Source: Candidatus Latescibacterota bacterium (GTDB taxonomy: Bacteria > Krumholzibacteriota > Krumholzibacteriia > G020349025). From it: a stretch of 64,000 bases of DNA. Under the pieces are notes generated by a model that was not told the DNA's origin, ran no database searches, and saw nothing but the letters and a program-made list of their open reading frames with translations. The position numbers and the translations under genes were made by a program. Below are positions 45,387 through 55,537 of this stretch, piece after piece. Location: the NCBI GenBank assembly GCA_020349025.1, contig CP070763.1, positions 2,377,673-2,441,672 of the forward strand. The letters run 5' to 3'. The number at the start of each line of letters is the position of its first letter. Position 1 is the first letter of the stretch.

Positions 45387-47039
45387 ATGAGCTCGTTGCA
45401 CCGCATCCTGGTCCCACTGCTCCTCCTTGGCCCGGCTGCAACCGCAGCGCAGGATGGGCTCGATGCCGCGCTGCAGAGCGTGCGCGCGGAGGCGATCCGC
45501 GCGCACATGGCGTTCTTGGCCGACGATCTGCTCGAGGGACGCGAGACCGGCACGCGCGGCTATCAGCTGGCCGCAAACTACGTCGCGACCCAGCTCGATC
45601 TCCTGGGGCTGAAAGCGGCGGGCGACGACGGCGGATTCCTGCAGTGGATGCCGCTGCGGCGCGCGCAGCAGATCGAAACGGAGTGCCGCTTTACGCTCGT
45701 CGGCGAGACCGAGGCGCAGGAGCTGGTCTACGCCCAGCACTACCTGATGACGGCGGATGCGTTGCGCGAGACGTCGGATGTCGCGGCGCCCCTCGTGTAC
45801 GTGGGGTACGGCGTCAGCGCGCCCGATCTGGGCTACGACGACTACGCCAACGTCGACGCGACCGGCAAGGTGGTCGTCCTCCTGCGCGGCGCCCCACCCA
45901 CGTTTCCACACAATCAGCGCGCCTACCACGCCACGTCGCGCGTGAAGCAGAGGCTGGCGGCCGAGCGCGGCGCCGTCGGGATGTTGCAGTTTCTGACGCC
46001 GGAGGACGCCGCCAAGCGACCCTGGGAAAAGAGCGTCGTCAACTCGAAGATTGCATCGATGCGCGCGCTCGATGGCGACGGCAACCCGACCGCTGTGCAG
46101 CCGGAGCTGCGCATTCACGCCTTCCTGAGCCGCCAGGGGGCCGAGGCGCTTTTCGCCGGGGCGTCCTCTTCGCTGCAGGAGGTGTTCGCGGCGGCCGCGT
46201 CGGGGGAGACGCACTCGCTCGACCTGCCGTACAGCGGTCAGCTCAAACGTGCGAGCCGACATCAACGCGTGCGCTCCTGCAACGTTGCGGGGCTCCTGCA
46301 GGGGTCTGACCCACTGCTGCGCGACGAGGTCGTCGTGTACACCGCGCACCTCGATCACCTCGGTGTCGGAGCCACGGTGGAAGGGGATAGCATCTACAAC
46401 GGCGCCTTCGACAACGCCTCCGGAACGGCCGTCCTGCTCGAGATCGCGCGTGCCTTTGCCAGCATGCCGCAAGCGCCGAGGCGCTCTCTTTTGTTCCTCG
46501 CGGTGACGGGCGAAGAGAAGGGGCTTCTCGGTTCCGAGTACTTCATGGAGTTTCCGACAGTGCCGCGCGAGAACATCGTCGCCAACATCAACCTCGACAT
46601 GTTCCTGATGCTGCATCCGATGCGCGACCTCATCGCCTTCGGCGAGGAGCACTCCACGCTGACGCGTGCGGTGGCGCGTGCAGCGGATCGGCTGGGGTTC
46701 GAGGTCACGCCCGATCCCATGCCGGAAGAGGTCATCTTCGTCCGCAGTGACCAATACTCCTTCGTGCGCCGAGGCATTCCAGCGCTCTTCCTGGTGGCCG
46801 GCGGCAAGGGACACGAGCCGGGAAAGGTGCACTTCAGCACCTGGATCCGGGACATCTACCACACCCAGAAGGACGACCTGGGCCAGGACGTGGATTACGG
46901 CGCCGGGGTGACCTTCACGCAGGCGAACGTGCTCATCGGTTACGAGATCGCCAACGAGGAGGGTCGTCCACGCTGGAACGACGGCGACTTCTTCGGCGAT
47001 CTCTTCGGACGCACGAACGCCGCCGATGCGTCGCGCTAG
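45387..47039 (+). CDS. M28-family zinc aminopeptidase with a PA domain (secreted).
   Basis: Signal peptide LVPLLLLGPAATAAQ. M28 metal-ligand motifs are present (HLDHLGVG, NGAFDNASGTAVLLE, VTGEEKGLLGS). Confidence 0.85.
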   Translation: MSSLHRILVPLLLLGPAATAAQDGLDAALQSVRAEAIRAHMAFLADDLLEGRETGTRGYQLAANYVATQLDLLGLKAAGDDGGFLQWMPLRRAQQIETECRFTLVGETEAQELVYAQHYLMTADALRETSDVAAPLVYVGYGVSAPDLGYDDYANVDATGKVVVLLRGAPPTFPHNQRAYHATSRVKQRLAAERGAVGMLQFLTPEDAAKRPWEKSVVNSKIASMRALDGDGNPTAVQPELRIHAFLSRQGAEALFAGASSSLQEVFAAAASGETHSLDLPYSGQLKRASRHQRVRSCNVAGLLQGSDPLLRDEVVVYTAHLDHLGVGATVEGDSIYNGAFDNASGTAVLLEIARAFASMPQAPRRSLLFLAVTGEEKGLLGSEYFMEFPTVPRENIVANINLDMFLMLHPMRDLIAFGEEHSTLTRAVARAADRLGFEVTPDPMPEEVIFVRSDQYSFVRRGIPALFLVAGGKGHEPGKVHFSTWIRDIYHTQKDDLGQDVDYGAGVTFTQANVLIGYEIANEEGRPRWNDGDFFGDLFGRTNAADASR

Positions 47040-47065
47040 ATTCCCGCTCGGACGTTTGAGGCGAA

Positions 47066-47212
47066 CACGGCGCGCGGGTGCACTCGCACCTTCGGGGGAC
47101 GCTCGGCGGCGCGCCTCCGCGCGCGCCGCTCTCTCTCGGCACGCGCGCGGCTCGGGCATCCTGCCCTCGCTTGCGCGCGCGTGACGCCCCCGAAGGTGGA
47201 GTGCACCCGCGC
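47066..47212. repeat. Imperfect ~30-bp inverted repeat flanking an ~85-bp GC-palindromic spacer. It lies in a convergent intergenic region.
   Basis: Left arm GCGCGGGTGCACTCGCACCTTCGGGGG at ~47069-47095. Right arm CCCCCGAAGGTGGAGTGCACCCGCGCGC at ~47183-47210. The two differ by one indel. The spacer contains the self-complementary block GGCGCGCCTCCGCGCGCGCC. Confidence 0.5.
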
Positions 47213-47415
47213 GCCTCGACACCAAGGTCAACCGCACGCAGTCGCAATCGAAGTCGGTTGCGTTTCGCCGAGTCCGACTCGCGCCGGTCGCCTCGCCGCA
47301 CACGCACTGCAACGGCCAGGCGGCAGCGGGCTCGATCACACGAGGGGTCACGCGGGCGCTCCCGCCCGAAACGTTCGGGACGGAGCGCCGTTTGTAGCGT
47401 CCACGCAAACCTCGA

Positions 47416-50400
47416 TCAGTCGCCAGCCGTCGGCGTGTGCGGGATACGGCGCGGGCGCACGATCCGGAGCCGGCGCAACGTGCCGATCGTCCCACGCTTC
47501 ATGAGCCCGGGCAGATCCTCGGCGAGCGTCACCGTCGTCGGCAGCAGGACGAGCGTCAGGACGGTCGAGATGGCCAGTCCTCCCATGATGACGAGCGCCA
47601 TCGAGTAGTAGTAGACCCCCGCCAGCGTCGGTTTCTGCACCACGATCGGCACCAGGGAGAGGAGCGTCGTCGTCGCCGTCATGAGGATCGGCCGCAGGCG
47701 CTCGCGGCCACCGTGGATCATTGCCGTGATGCGCTGCTCGCCGTGACGCCGGTAGGTGTTGATGTGCTCGATCATGACGATGCCGTTGTTGACGACGATG
47801 CCGATGAGAAGGAGGAGCCCCACCGCCGCCGGTTGATCGAAGTCGGTGCCGCTCGCATACAGCGTCCACGCCGCGCCGCTGATGGCGAAGGGGAGCGCGA
47901 TCAGGAGAGCCACGGCTTGGCGCATCGACTCGAACAGGCTGGCCATGACCGCGAAGATGAGCAGCAGAGCCAAGATCAGGTTGTCGCGAAACTCGGTGGC
48001 CTTCTCCTGCTGCCGGCGTCCGAAGTTGCCGAAGCTCCAGGCGTAGCCGTACGGCATCGCGAAATCCTGCATCGCTGCACGCACCGACTTCATGTGCTCG
48101 TCGCGTGTGCCCTCTTCGTAGCGCGCTCCCACCCACACGCTGGTGCGGCGGGCGTCGCGATTGATGCGCTCCGCTCCGGGGACGACACGAAAGTCGGCAA
48201 CGGCGCCGAGGGGGATGGTGGCACCGTGGTCTGCCTGTAGCCTCAGGTTGCGCAGCTGTGCCAGGCTCTCACGATCCTGCTCGTCCAGGGTGAGTCGCAT
48301 CTCGACCTCGCCGTTGGCGGTGCGGAAGCGGCGCAGCGGACGACCGCGGAAGGTGAGCCCGACGACCTGCCCCGGCTGATCGAGGTTCATCCCGTAGCGG
48401 TGCGCCAGCACCCGGTCGATGCTCACGTGCACCTCCTGCTGCCCTTCGCGGTTGCTCGAGAAGCTCTCGTAGAGGCCGGGAATCGCTTCCAGTCGCTTGC
48501 GTGCAGCATCCGCCAGATCCGCGAGCACCTCCGAATCCTCACCCGTGAGCTGGAAGGCGACGCGTTTGCCGCGATCCTGGCGCCAGAACTGGCGGTTCTC
48601 CATGACCTCGAGCTTGACGCCGGCGACGGCCGGGAGCGCGTCGCGCAGGCGCCGCCGGATGCGCGTCATGTCCTCCTCGGTGGCGTGACCCTCCTTCGGG
48701 TAGAGCCGCGTCAGCGTCCAGCGGTCGCTCCAGAAGCTGTAGATCGAGCGCAGGTTGAAATCGTCCCGGTACGGTTCGAGCGCCTGTTCGACGACGGTGA
48801 CGAGCTCCTCCTTGCGCTCCAGGCTCGGCTCCTCGCTGAACTCGTAGCGCACCTGCACGAACATCTCGCTCTCGTTGGTGTCGAAGTTCATGTCGATGTG
48901 CGTGAAGGGGAAGACCGCCGAGGCCGTGATCCCGAGCCCCACGATCGGTGCGATCCAGCGGTGGCGCAGATTGAAGCCGAGCGCACGCACGTAGTGTTTC
49001 TCCAGCCAGGTCATGAAACGGCCTGGCTCCTGCGCTTTGGCGCGAATGAAGCGCGACGTCGCCAGCGGGATCAGGGTCTGGGTGACGAAGAGCGACGCCA
49101 GCAGCGTGATGGCGACCGTGAGGCCGAGCTCGCGCAGGTAGATGTTCATCTCACTCGGCTTGTTGAAGATGAGCGGCAGGAAGGCGATCACCGACGTGAG
49201 CGTGGCTGCGGTCACCGCGAGCGACACCTCGCGCGAGCCGACAAACGCCGACTTGCGCGCGCTGTACCCCTTCGACTGGTAGCGGAAGATGTTCTCCATC
49301 ACAACGACGGCGTTGTCCACGAGCATGCCGATGCCGACGATCAGCCCGAGGAGCGTGAGCGTGTTCAGCGACTTCCCCTGCAGGAAGATCACGCCGCAGG
49401 TGGCGATCAGCGAGAAGGGGATGCACACCACCGCAACGAGCGTGGTGATGAGACGGCGCAGGAAGGCGTAGAGGACGATCGTCGCCAGGATGGCACCGAC
49501 GACCCCCGTGTTGCGCAGGTCGTCCAGCGTCGTGCGGATCTCCTTGCCCATGTTGAACCACACGAGGATGTTGATTCCGTCCAGCTCCGGATCGGTCGCC
49601 ATCCCCTGCAGACGCGAAACCACCTGATCGCAGATGACGACAGCGTTGGCGCTCGGCTCCTTGTTCACCGTGATGCCGACCGCGAAGTTGCCGTCGAGGT
49701 GGCGCCCGTACTCGAGCGGCGGCTCCTCGTAACGCACGTCGGCCACGTCGCGCAGCTTCAAGCCGCGCTCGTTCAGCGGCAGCTGGGCGATCTCCTCGAC
49801 GGCGGCGAATGTCGCCACCGTGCGCAGGCTGTAGCGGTTCTCGTCGCCACGCAGCGTGCCGAGCGCTTGGTCGAAGTTGTTGTTCTGCAGCAGCCGCACG
49901 ACGTCGCGCACGTCGACGCGGTGGCGCGTGAGATCCGTGAGGCGCAGGTTGATGCGCACCTCGCGCGGGTTGACCCCGTCCAGATTCACCTGCGCCACAC
50001 CGGGGATGCGTTCGAGCGGTCGGATGATCTTGCGATCGAGCAGGTCGTAGCTGTGGCTGAGGTCGAGCTTCGACGAGATGCGCGCCTCGAGAACCGTCTC
50101 GGAGGTCTCGACCGCGTCCCAGTTGCTGGAGACGCTGATCTCCCCGATGTCGTCCGGCAGCTCCTTCTTGATGCGATCGATCTTCTCGTGCACCTCGACG
50201 CGGACGAGATCCATGTCCATGGCCCAGTCGAACTGGGCGCGGATGCCGCCGCCGTTCTGGTCGCACCAGGACCACATGTGCTTGAGGCCCTTGACCGAGC
50301 CGATGCTCTCCTCGAGAGGCCGCACGATGCTGCGCTCCACCTGCTCCGGCGAGGCATTGGCGTACGGCACGCGAATGAAGAGCGCCGGCTCATCCACCTC

Positions 50401-50514
50401 GGGGAGGAAGCCGAGCGGCAAGCGGTCGAGCGCGATCATGCCGATGACCGCGATGCAGACGAGAGCCATGAGCGTTGCGATGGGACGGCGAATGGCGATT
50501 TCCGGCAGCGTCAT
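47416..50514 (-). CDS. RND efflux permease. Second permease of operon 2 and paralogue of 33092-36214.
   Basis: The N-terminus MTLPEIAIRRPIATLMALVCIAVIG is present. The start is chosen at ATG 50514, with GGGAGG 5 nt upstream, rather than GTG 50526. The LVDNAVVVMENI motif is present. Confidence 0.9.
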   Translation of the reverse strand: MTLPEIAIRRPIATLMALVCIAVIGMIALDRLPLGFLPEVDEPALFIRVPYANASPEQVERSIVRPLEESIGSVKGLKHMWSWCDQNGGGIRAQFDWAMDMDLVRVEVHEKIDRIKKELPDDIGEISVSSNWDAVETSETVLEARISSKLDLSHSYDLLDRKIIRPLERIPGVAQVNLDGVNPREVRINLRLTDLTRHRVDVRDVVRLLQNNNFDQALGTLRGDENRYSLRTVATFAAVEEIAQLPLNERGLKLRDVADVRYEEPPLEYGRHLDGNFAVGITVNKEPSANAVVICDQVVSRLQGMATDPELDGINILVWFNMGKEIRTTLDDLRNTGVVGAILATIVLYAFLRRLITTLVAVVCIPFSLIATCGVIFLQGKSLNTLTLLGLIVGIGMLVDNAVVVMENIFRYQSKGYSARKSAFVGSREVSLAVTAATLTSVIAFLPLIFNKPSEMNIYLRELGLTVAITLLASLFVTQTLIPLATSRFIRAKAQEPGRFMTWLEKHYVRALGFNLRHRWIAPIVGLGITASAVFPFTHIDMNFDTNESEMFVQVRYEFSEEPSLERKEELVTVVEQALEPYRDDFNLRSIYSFWSDRWTLTRLYPKEGHATEEDMTRIRRRLRDALPAVAGVKLEVMENRQFWRQDRGKRVAFQLTGEDSEVLADLADAARKRLEAIPGLYESFSSNREGQQEVHVSIDRVLAHRYGMNLDQPGQVVGLTFRGRPLRRFRTANGEVEMRLTLDEQDRESLAQLRNLRLQADHGATIPLGAVADFRVVPGAERINRDARRTSVWVGARYEEGTRDEHMKSVRAAMQDFAMPYGYAWSFGNFGRRQQEKATEFRDNLILALLLIFAVMASLFESMRQAVALLIALPFAISGAAWTLYASGTDFDQPAAVGLLLLIGIVVNNGIVMIEHINTYRRHGEQRITAMIHGGRERLRPILMTATTTLLSLVPIVVQKPTLAGVYYYSMALVIMGGLAISTVLTLVLLPTTVTLAEDLPGLMKRGTIGTLRRLRIVRPRRIPHTPTAGD

Positions 50515-50526
50515 GCGTCCTCCCAC

Positions 50527-53500
50527 TCAGTCGGTCGCGGAAACGGCACCCGGGATGCCGTCCGCGCTGAGCTCCTCCAGCTCCGACTCCGCCTTCACGC
50601 GCGACGGCACGATCATGTACGCCGCCGGGATCACGAGCAAGGTCAGGAAAGTGGAGACGGCGAGGCCGAACGCCACGGTCACCGCCAGCGGTGCGCGCAG
50701 CTCGGAGCCTTCCCCGATTGCCAGCGCCATCGGCACCAAGCCGAGCACCGTGGTCAGGGTCGTCATGAGGATCGGGCGCAAGCGCAGGTGCCCCGCCCGC
50801 ACCACCGCGTCGAGCTTCGCCAGACCGGAGCGACGGCCCTGGTTGATCGCGTCCACCAGGACGATGGCGTTGTTGACGACGATTCCCGCCAGCAGGATGC
50901 AGCCGATCAGAACGATGACGCTGATCGGATGCCCCGTGATTCCGAGACCCAGAACGACGCCCACCGCCGAGAGGGGAATGGTGAAGAGGATCACGAAGGG
51001 GTGCACGAGCGACTCGAAGGTGGCGGCCATGACCAGGTAGACGAGAAACACGGCGAGGGCCAAGGCGAAGCCGAGGCTGCCGAAGCTCACCTGCATCTCC
51101 TGGTTTTGGCCCCCGAGCTCGACCGCGACGCCCCGCGGCGGCGGCGTCGCCGCCAGCGTGGCGCGGATGTCGCCGATGACGTCGCCCAGGCTCCGCCCAC
51201 TCAGGCTTGCGGAGATCACGGCGGCGCGTTGCTGCTGCAGTCGATGGATCTCGGCCGGGCCGCGCGCCAGCGTCACCTCCGCGACCGAGGTGAGGCGGAT
51301 CGGCACCCCCTCGCGCTCGGCGATGACCAGGTTGCGGATGTCCTGCATCGTGTTGCGATCCACCTCGCGATTGCGCAAGCGGATGTCGATCTGGCGATCC
51401 GCTTCCTTGAAGAGGGTCGGAACCGCACCCTGCACCCGGTCGTGCAGCGTCTGGGAGAGCGCGCCGAGGTCGAGGTCCAGCGCCGCCAGGCGTTGGCGGT
51501 CGAACACGACCTGCAGCTCCGGGTTGCCGAGCTCGAGCGAGGAGCGCACGTCGGTCAGCCCGGGCACGTCGCGCAGCGAAGGCAGGAGGGTTTCGGAGTA
51601 GCTGCGCAGGAGCTCCAGCTCCTCGCCGAAGAGCACGATCTCCACCGGCGTCCGCAGGCTGAGGTAGGAGGGCGTGCCGATCTTCGTGCGCAGGTCGGGA
51701 GTCTCGTCGATGCGCTTCCGCATGACGTCGAAGACGGCGTTGCGCGCGTCGGCGTCGGCGTCGCTGCGCAGGACGATGTTGAGCTGCCCCAGGTTCTCGT
51801 CCCGCGTTCGCAACGACAGGCCGCCGGCGACTTGACGGCTGCCGACGCTCGTGTAGTAGCGTTCCACCGCGCCTGCGTCCGCGGCGACCGCTTCCATCGT
51901 GGCGAGCGCACGGTCGGTCGCGGCCAACGACGCGCCCTCCGGCATCATCACCTCGTAGTAGAACTCCCCCTGATCGAGCCGCGGCACGAGCTCGGCACCG
52001 AGCTGCGGCACCACCCGCACAGCGAGCGCAAAGGCGACAAAGCCAAAAGCGAGCGGCACCCAAGGCCGCCGCAGAGCTGCGCGCAGAGCGCGATCGTAGC
52101 GCTGCGAGAAGGCACCGAGGGTGTGTGCCGGCGCGGGGCCGTGCGCGCTGCGCGCGCCGCGCTTCCCGGCGCGCGCGCCACCGAGCGAGCTCAGCATCGG
52201 GATCAGTGTGATCGCGACGAGGAGCGAGGCGATCAGGCTGATCGTGACGGTGAGGGCCTGATCTCCGAAGAGCTGCGCGGCGATCCCCTCGACGAAGAGG
52301 ATCGGCACGAAGACCGACACCGTGGTGAGCGTCGAGGCGACGACCGCGCCCCCCACCTCGCGTGTGCCCTCCACCGCGGCGCGCGCCATGTTGGCGCCGC
52401 GCTCGCGGGCGCGGAAGATCGCTTCGAGAACCACGATCGAGTTGTCCACGAGCATTCCGACGCCGAGCGTCAGCCCACCCAGCGACATGATGTTGAGCGA
52501 GACGTCGAGCCGGTACATCAGCATGAACGTCGCCACGACCGAGATCGGAATGGAGGTGGCAATGATGAGCGCGCTGCGCGGGTCGCGCAGGAAGAAGAGG
52601 AGTACGGCGATTGCGAGCACGCCTCCGAGCAACGCGGCAACGCGCACGTCGTTGATGCTCTGCACGATGAACTCGGATTGGTCGAAGAGAACGGCAAGCT
52701 CGTACCCTTGCGGAAGATCTTCGCGCACCTCCTCGATCTTCCGGCGCAGCGAGCGCGCCACCTCCACCGTGTTGGCGTCTCCCTCCTTGTAGATGGCGAG
52801 CTCGACGCACTCGGTCCCATCCACGCGTGTGATCTCGACGCGCTCCCGGTGACCGCGCGTCACCGTGGCGACATCGCGCAGGTACACGGGCGCACCGCCC
52901 TGCAGACTCACGACGAGCGCACCGATGTCATCGAGGTCGTCGTACTCGTTCAGGGTGCGCACGAGGTACTGGCTGTTCAGGTCGCGCAGCGAACCGCCGG
53001 GGAGATTGATGTTCGATACCTGGATGAGATCGGCGATGCGTTGCAGCGGGATTCCCATGGCCGCGAGCTTGCCCTGGTCGACGTTGACCTGGATCTCCTC
53101 CTCCAGGCCGCCCTTCACCTGTGCCGCGGCGATTCCGGGCACGGTCTCGAACTCCTGCTTGATGCGCTTCTCCGCCATGTAGCGCATCTCGTAGAGGTCG
53201 TCGCCTCCGTAGAGCGCAAGTCGCGCGATGGGATCGAGAGACGGATCGAAGCGCAGCACGACCGGGTCCTCCGCGTCATCCGGGAGAATGAGGCGGTCCA
53301 GCTTTTCGCGCACGTCCATCGCCAGCATGTCCATGTCGGAATCCCACGTGAACTCGAGCGTCACCTCCGAGACTCCGGCGCGCGACACGGAGTGGATCGA
53401 CTGCAGGCCGCGCAGGACGCCGACCGCCTCTTCGACCGGGCGTGTGATCAGGTTCTCCACCTCGCCCGGCGCGGCGTCCGGGAACTCGGTCTGCACGGTC

Positions 53501-53640
53501 AGAGAGGGGTAGGAGATGTCGGGGAGCAGGTTGACCGATAGACGGCTGTAGCCGACGACACCGAAAGCGAGGATGGCCAGCGTTGCCATCAGCACCGTGA
53601 CGCGGCGCGCCACGGCGAACGCCACGAGCGTGCGGATCAT
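50527..53640 (-). CDS. RND efflux permease. First permease of operon 2 and paralogue of 36237-39641.
   Basis: The N-terminus MIRTLVAFAVARRVTVLMATLAILAFG is present. ISYPSLTVQTEFPDAAPGEVE parallels ISYPTLTIQTEYADAAPAEVE in the paralogue. Confidence 0.9.
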   Translation of the reverse strand: MIRTLVAFAVARRVTVLMATLAILAFGVVGYSRLSVNLLPDISYPSLTVQTEFPDAAPGEVENLITRPVEEAVGVLRGLQSIHSVSRAGVSEVTLEFTWDSDMDMLAMDVREKLDRLILPDDAEDPVVLRFDPSLDPIARLALYGGDDLYEMRYMAEKRIKQEFETVPGIAAAQVKGGLEEEIQVNVDQGKLAAMGIPLQRIADLIQVSNINLPGGSLRDLNSQYLVRTLNEYDDLDDIGALVVSLQGGAPVYLRDVATVTRGHRERVEITRVDGTECVELAIYKEGDANTVEVARSLRRKIEEVREDLPQGYELAVLFDQSEFIVQSINDVRVAALLGGVLAIAVLLFFLRDPRSALIIATSIPISVVATFMLMYRLDVSLNIMSLGGLTLGVGMLVDNSIVVLEAIFRARERGANMARAAVEGTREVGGAVVASTLTTVSVFVPILFVEGIAAQLFGDQALTVTISLIASLLVAITLIPMLSSLGGARAGKRGARSAHGPAPAHTLGAFSQRYDRALRAALRRPWVPLAFGFVAFALAVRVVPQLGAELVPRLDQGEFYYEVMMPEGASLAATDRALATMEAVAADAGAVERYYTSVGSRQVAGGLSLRTRDENLGQLNIVLRSDADADARNAVFDVMRKRIDETPDLRTKIGTPSYLSLRTPVEIVLFGEELELLRSYSETLLPSLRDVPGLTDVRSSLELGNPELQVVFDRQRLAALDLDLGALSQTLHDRVQGAVPTLFKEADRQIDIRLRNREVDRNTMQDIRNLVIAEREGVPIRLTSVAEVTLARGPAEIHRLQQQRAAVISASLSGRSLGDVIGDIRATLAATPPPRGVAVELGGQNQEMQVSFGSLGFALALAVFLVYLVMAATFESLVHPFVILFTIPLSAVGVVLGLGITGHPISVIVLIGCILLAGIVVNNAIVLVDAINQGRRSGLAKLDAVVRAGHLRLRPILMTTLTTVLGLVPMALAIGEGSELRAPLAVTVAFGLAVSTFLTLLVIPAAYMIVPSRVKAESELEELSADGIPGAVSATD

Positions 53641-54791
53641 GAGCCTCCGCGTTGTGCTGTCGGTGAGGTGCTGTCGCTCATCACGGCGGTGTCGCCGTCG
53701 AGAATGCGGATGCGTCCGCCGTCGCGCAGCGAGCGCTGGCCCTTCACGACGACCAGATCGCTCTCCTCGAGGCCGGTGCGGATCTCGGTGTAGGCGTCGT
53801 CGATGAAACCGATCTCGACGCCGCGGCGCACGGCGACGCTGTCCTGGGCGACGTAGACGACCTGGTCGCCACGGTCTTCGAACACCGCGATGTTGGGAAC
53901 GCGGAGCACATCCTGGTGGCGCTCGGTCACGACGCTGACGTGTGCAAAGTCGCCGGGTCGTGTCCCCGCGGGGTAGTCGTCCACTTGCACGGTGACCTTC
54001 ACGGTGCCGGTGCTCGGGTCGATGATCGGGCTCACGAGACGCACGACACCCGTGAGCTCCTCATGGTTGCTGTCGAGGAGGAGCCGTACCTGCTGGCCGA
54101 CGCGCAGTGTGCCCATCTCCTTGGCCGGGACGTGGATGCGCGCCAGGAGCGGCTCGAAGTTCGCCACCTGGAAGAGCGGGGTTCCGACGCTGACCGTCTG
54201 CCCCACCTCCACGAGGCGCTGCGTCACCATGCCATGAAAGGGTGCACGCACGCGTGTGTAGGAGAGCTCGTGCGCAGCCAGGTCGCGTTCCACCTTCGCC
54301 TTGTCCAGGCTCGCCTTTGCCAGATCGAACTCCGCCTGCGTCACGACGTCGCGAGCCAGCGACGCCTGCTGGCGTTCGTAGATGGTGGTCTGCTCGGCGA
54401 GCGCGACCTCGGCCTGGTCGAGCCGCAGGCGCGCCTCGTCATCTTCCAAGCGCAGGAGCTCGTCGTTCTCCTCGACGCGGTCCCCCTCCTCGCGGAGGAT
54501 GCGCTTCACCACCCCCTGTGCGCGCGAGAGGACCTCGGCACGGTTCTCCGCCTCCAGCGTTGCCGTGGTCGTGTAGCGTGCCACGATCTCGCCCCGGGAA
54601 ACTCCCTCGACGGCGACGCTCGTGGGGGGATCGACTCGGCCACCGCCACGCCCGGCGTTGCCGCGAGGCCCATCCCCTTCGTCTCCGCCACAACGGGCGC
54701 CCGCGGCCAGGAGGGCGGCGAGGCCGCAGGCCGCCAGTGTCGGGCGTGTGAAGCGTCTGACAGCGTGGCGCCGCCGGCGTGCGTGGGTCAT
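53637..54791 (-). CDS. Efflux RND periplasmic adaptor lipoprotein (MFP).
   Basis: A lipobox-like TLAACG lies near the N-terminus. MFP motifs are present (RAPFHGMVTQRLVEVGQTV, beta-barrel and MP domains). It overlaps the permease start by 4 nt. Confidence 0.8.
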   Translation of the reverse strand: MTHARRRRHAVRRFTRPTLAACGLAALLAAGARCGGDEGDGPRGNAGRGGGRVDPPTSVAVEGVSRGEIVARYTTTATLEAENRAEVLSRAQGVVKRILREEGDRVEENDELLRLEDDEARLRLDQAEVALAEQTTIYERQQASLARDVVTQAEFDLAKASLDKAKVERDLAAHELSYTRVRAPFHGMVTQRLVEVGQTVSVGTPLFQVANFEPLLARIHVPAKEMGTLRVGQQVRLLLDSNHEELTGVVRLVSPIIDPSTGTVKVTVQVDDYPAGTRPGDFAHVSVVTERHQDVLRVPNIAVFEDRGDQVVYVAQDSVAVRRGVEIGFIDDAYTEIRTGLEESDLVVVKGQRSLRDGGRIRILDGDTAVMSDSTSPTAQRGGS

Positions 54792-55026
54792 CGTTCCCCT
54801 TCAGGATTGTTGGTCGAAAGGAAGCCGTCGAGCTTCGAGGAACTACTACCGCGACGACGATAGAGTTCCAGCGAGGTGGCTTCATTCTAGCCGAGACCGC
54901 GGCGCCACGCGCGCGATCTTCTCTGCCCTTGGCGAGGCGAAGCGGCGGCCGGCACAACGTGCCTTGTGTCGGCCGCTCGCTTTCTCCCGCTCCAGGCGCG
55001 GTTCCCGAGCGCTGCCGCCGTCCCGT

Positions 55027-55362
55027 TCAGCTCTTCTTGCGGATCTGCACGCTGCCCGGAGGTGGGACCCAGCCTGCGGGCCGCGTTGCCGAAGCCGCGT
55101 CGAACAGGAAGGCCTCGCACTCCTGCATGAGAAGTTGGCGCACCTGCGGATCGGAGAGGCGCAGCTCACGCTCGTTGATGAGCAGCAAAGAGTGCTGAAT
55201 CCATTGATTCCACGCCTCTTGCGAGATCGACTCGTAGATCCTCTGCCCCAGCTCGTTGGCGAATGGTGCGGCGGGGAGCCCAGGGAGCTCGCGATTGAGC
55301 TTCTTGCATTGCACCAATCGAGGCCCGGTGGGGGGTTGATTTGTCGTGCTAGACTGACCCAT
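55027..55362 (-). CDS. yggX: YggX-like Fe(II)-trafficking / oxidative-damage protection protein.
   Basis: The protein is 111 aa. C..L.RE.PGL...PF...LGQRIYESISQEAWNQWIQHSLLLINERELRL...R..L..E...FLFD aligns to E. coli YggX. GAGG lies 5 nt upstream of ATG 55362. Confidence 0.7.
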   Translation of the reverse strand: MGQSSTTNQPPTGPRLVQCKKLNRELPGLPAAPFANELGQRIYESISQEAWNQWIQHSLLLINERELRLSDPQVRQLLMQECEAFLFDAASATRPAGWVPPPGSVQIRKKS

Positions 55363-55500
55363 CTCGCCTCGTCGTGTGTGATTGACTTTCGAGCCGGTGC
55401 GCCATCGTGTGGCAGGGCAGGGGTTTGAGCGGAGATTGTAGAGGCCGGGCGGCAATCGGGCAATACCGCGATGATGCTGGTAAAGAGGGCCCAGGACGCG

Positions 55501-55506
55501 TATATT
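55501..55506 (+). promoter_or_regulatory. Candidate -10 element (TATATT) in a locally AT-rich divergent promoter region.
   Basis: 55470-55537 (…gtattgtagg…) is the most AT-rich stretch in this part of the window. TATATT lies 32 nt upstream of the TTG start of the basic protein. Confidence 0.25.
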
Positions 55507-55537
55507 ACAGTATTGTAGGAACGAGGAGAGGAGAGCT

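Noticed and set aside
42065-47495. Long minus-strand ORFs (42065-43444, 45225-47495).
   Set aside because: They are antisense to the cytochrome c peroxidase and M28 peptidase genes, which have clear motifs. They are shadow ORFs.
48400-53541. 1713-aa plus-strand ORF.
   Set aside because: It is an antisense shadow spanning two RND permease genes. Its R/D/E/H-rich nonsense composition gives no domain signal.
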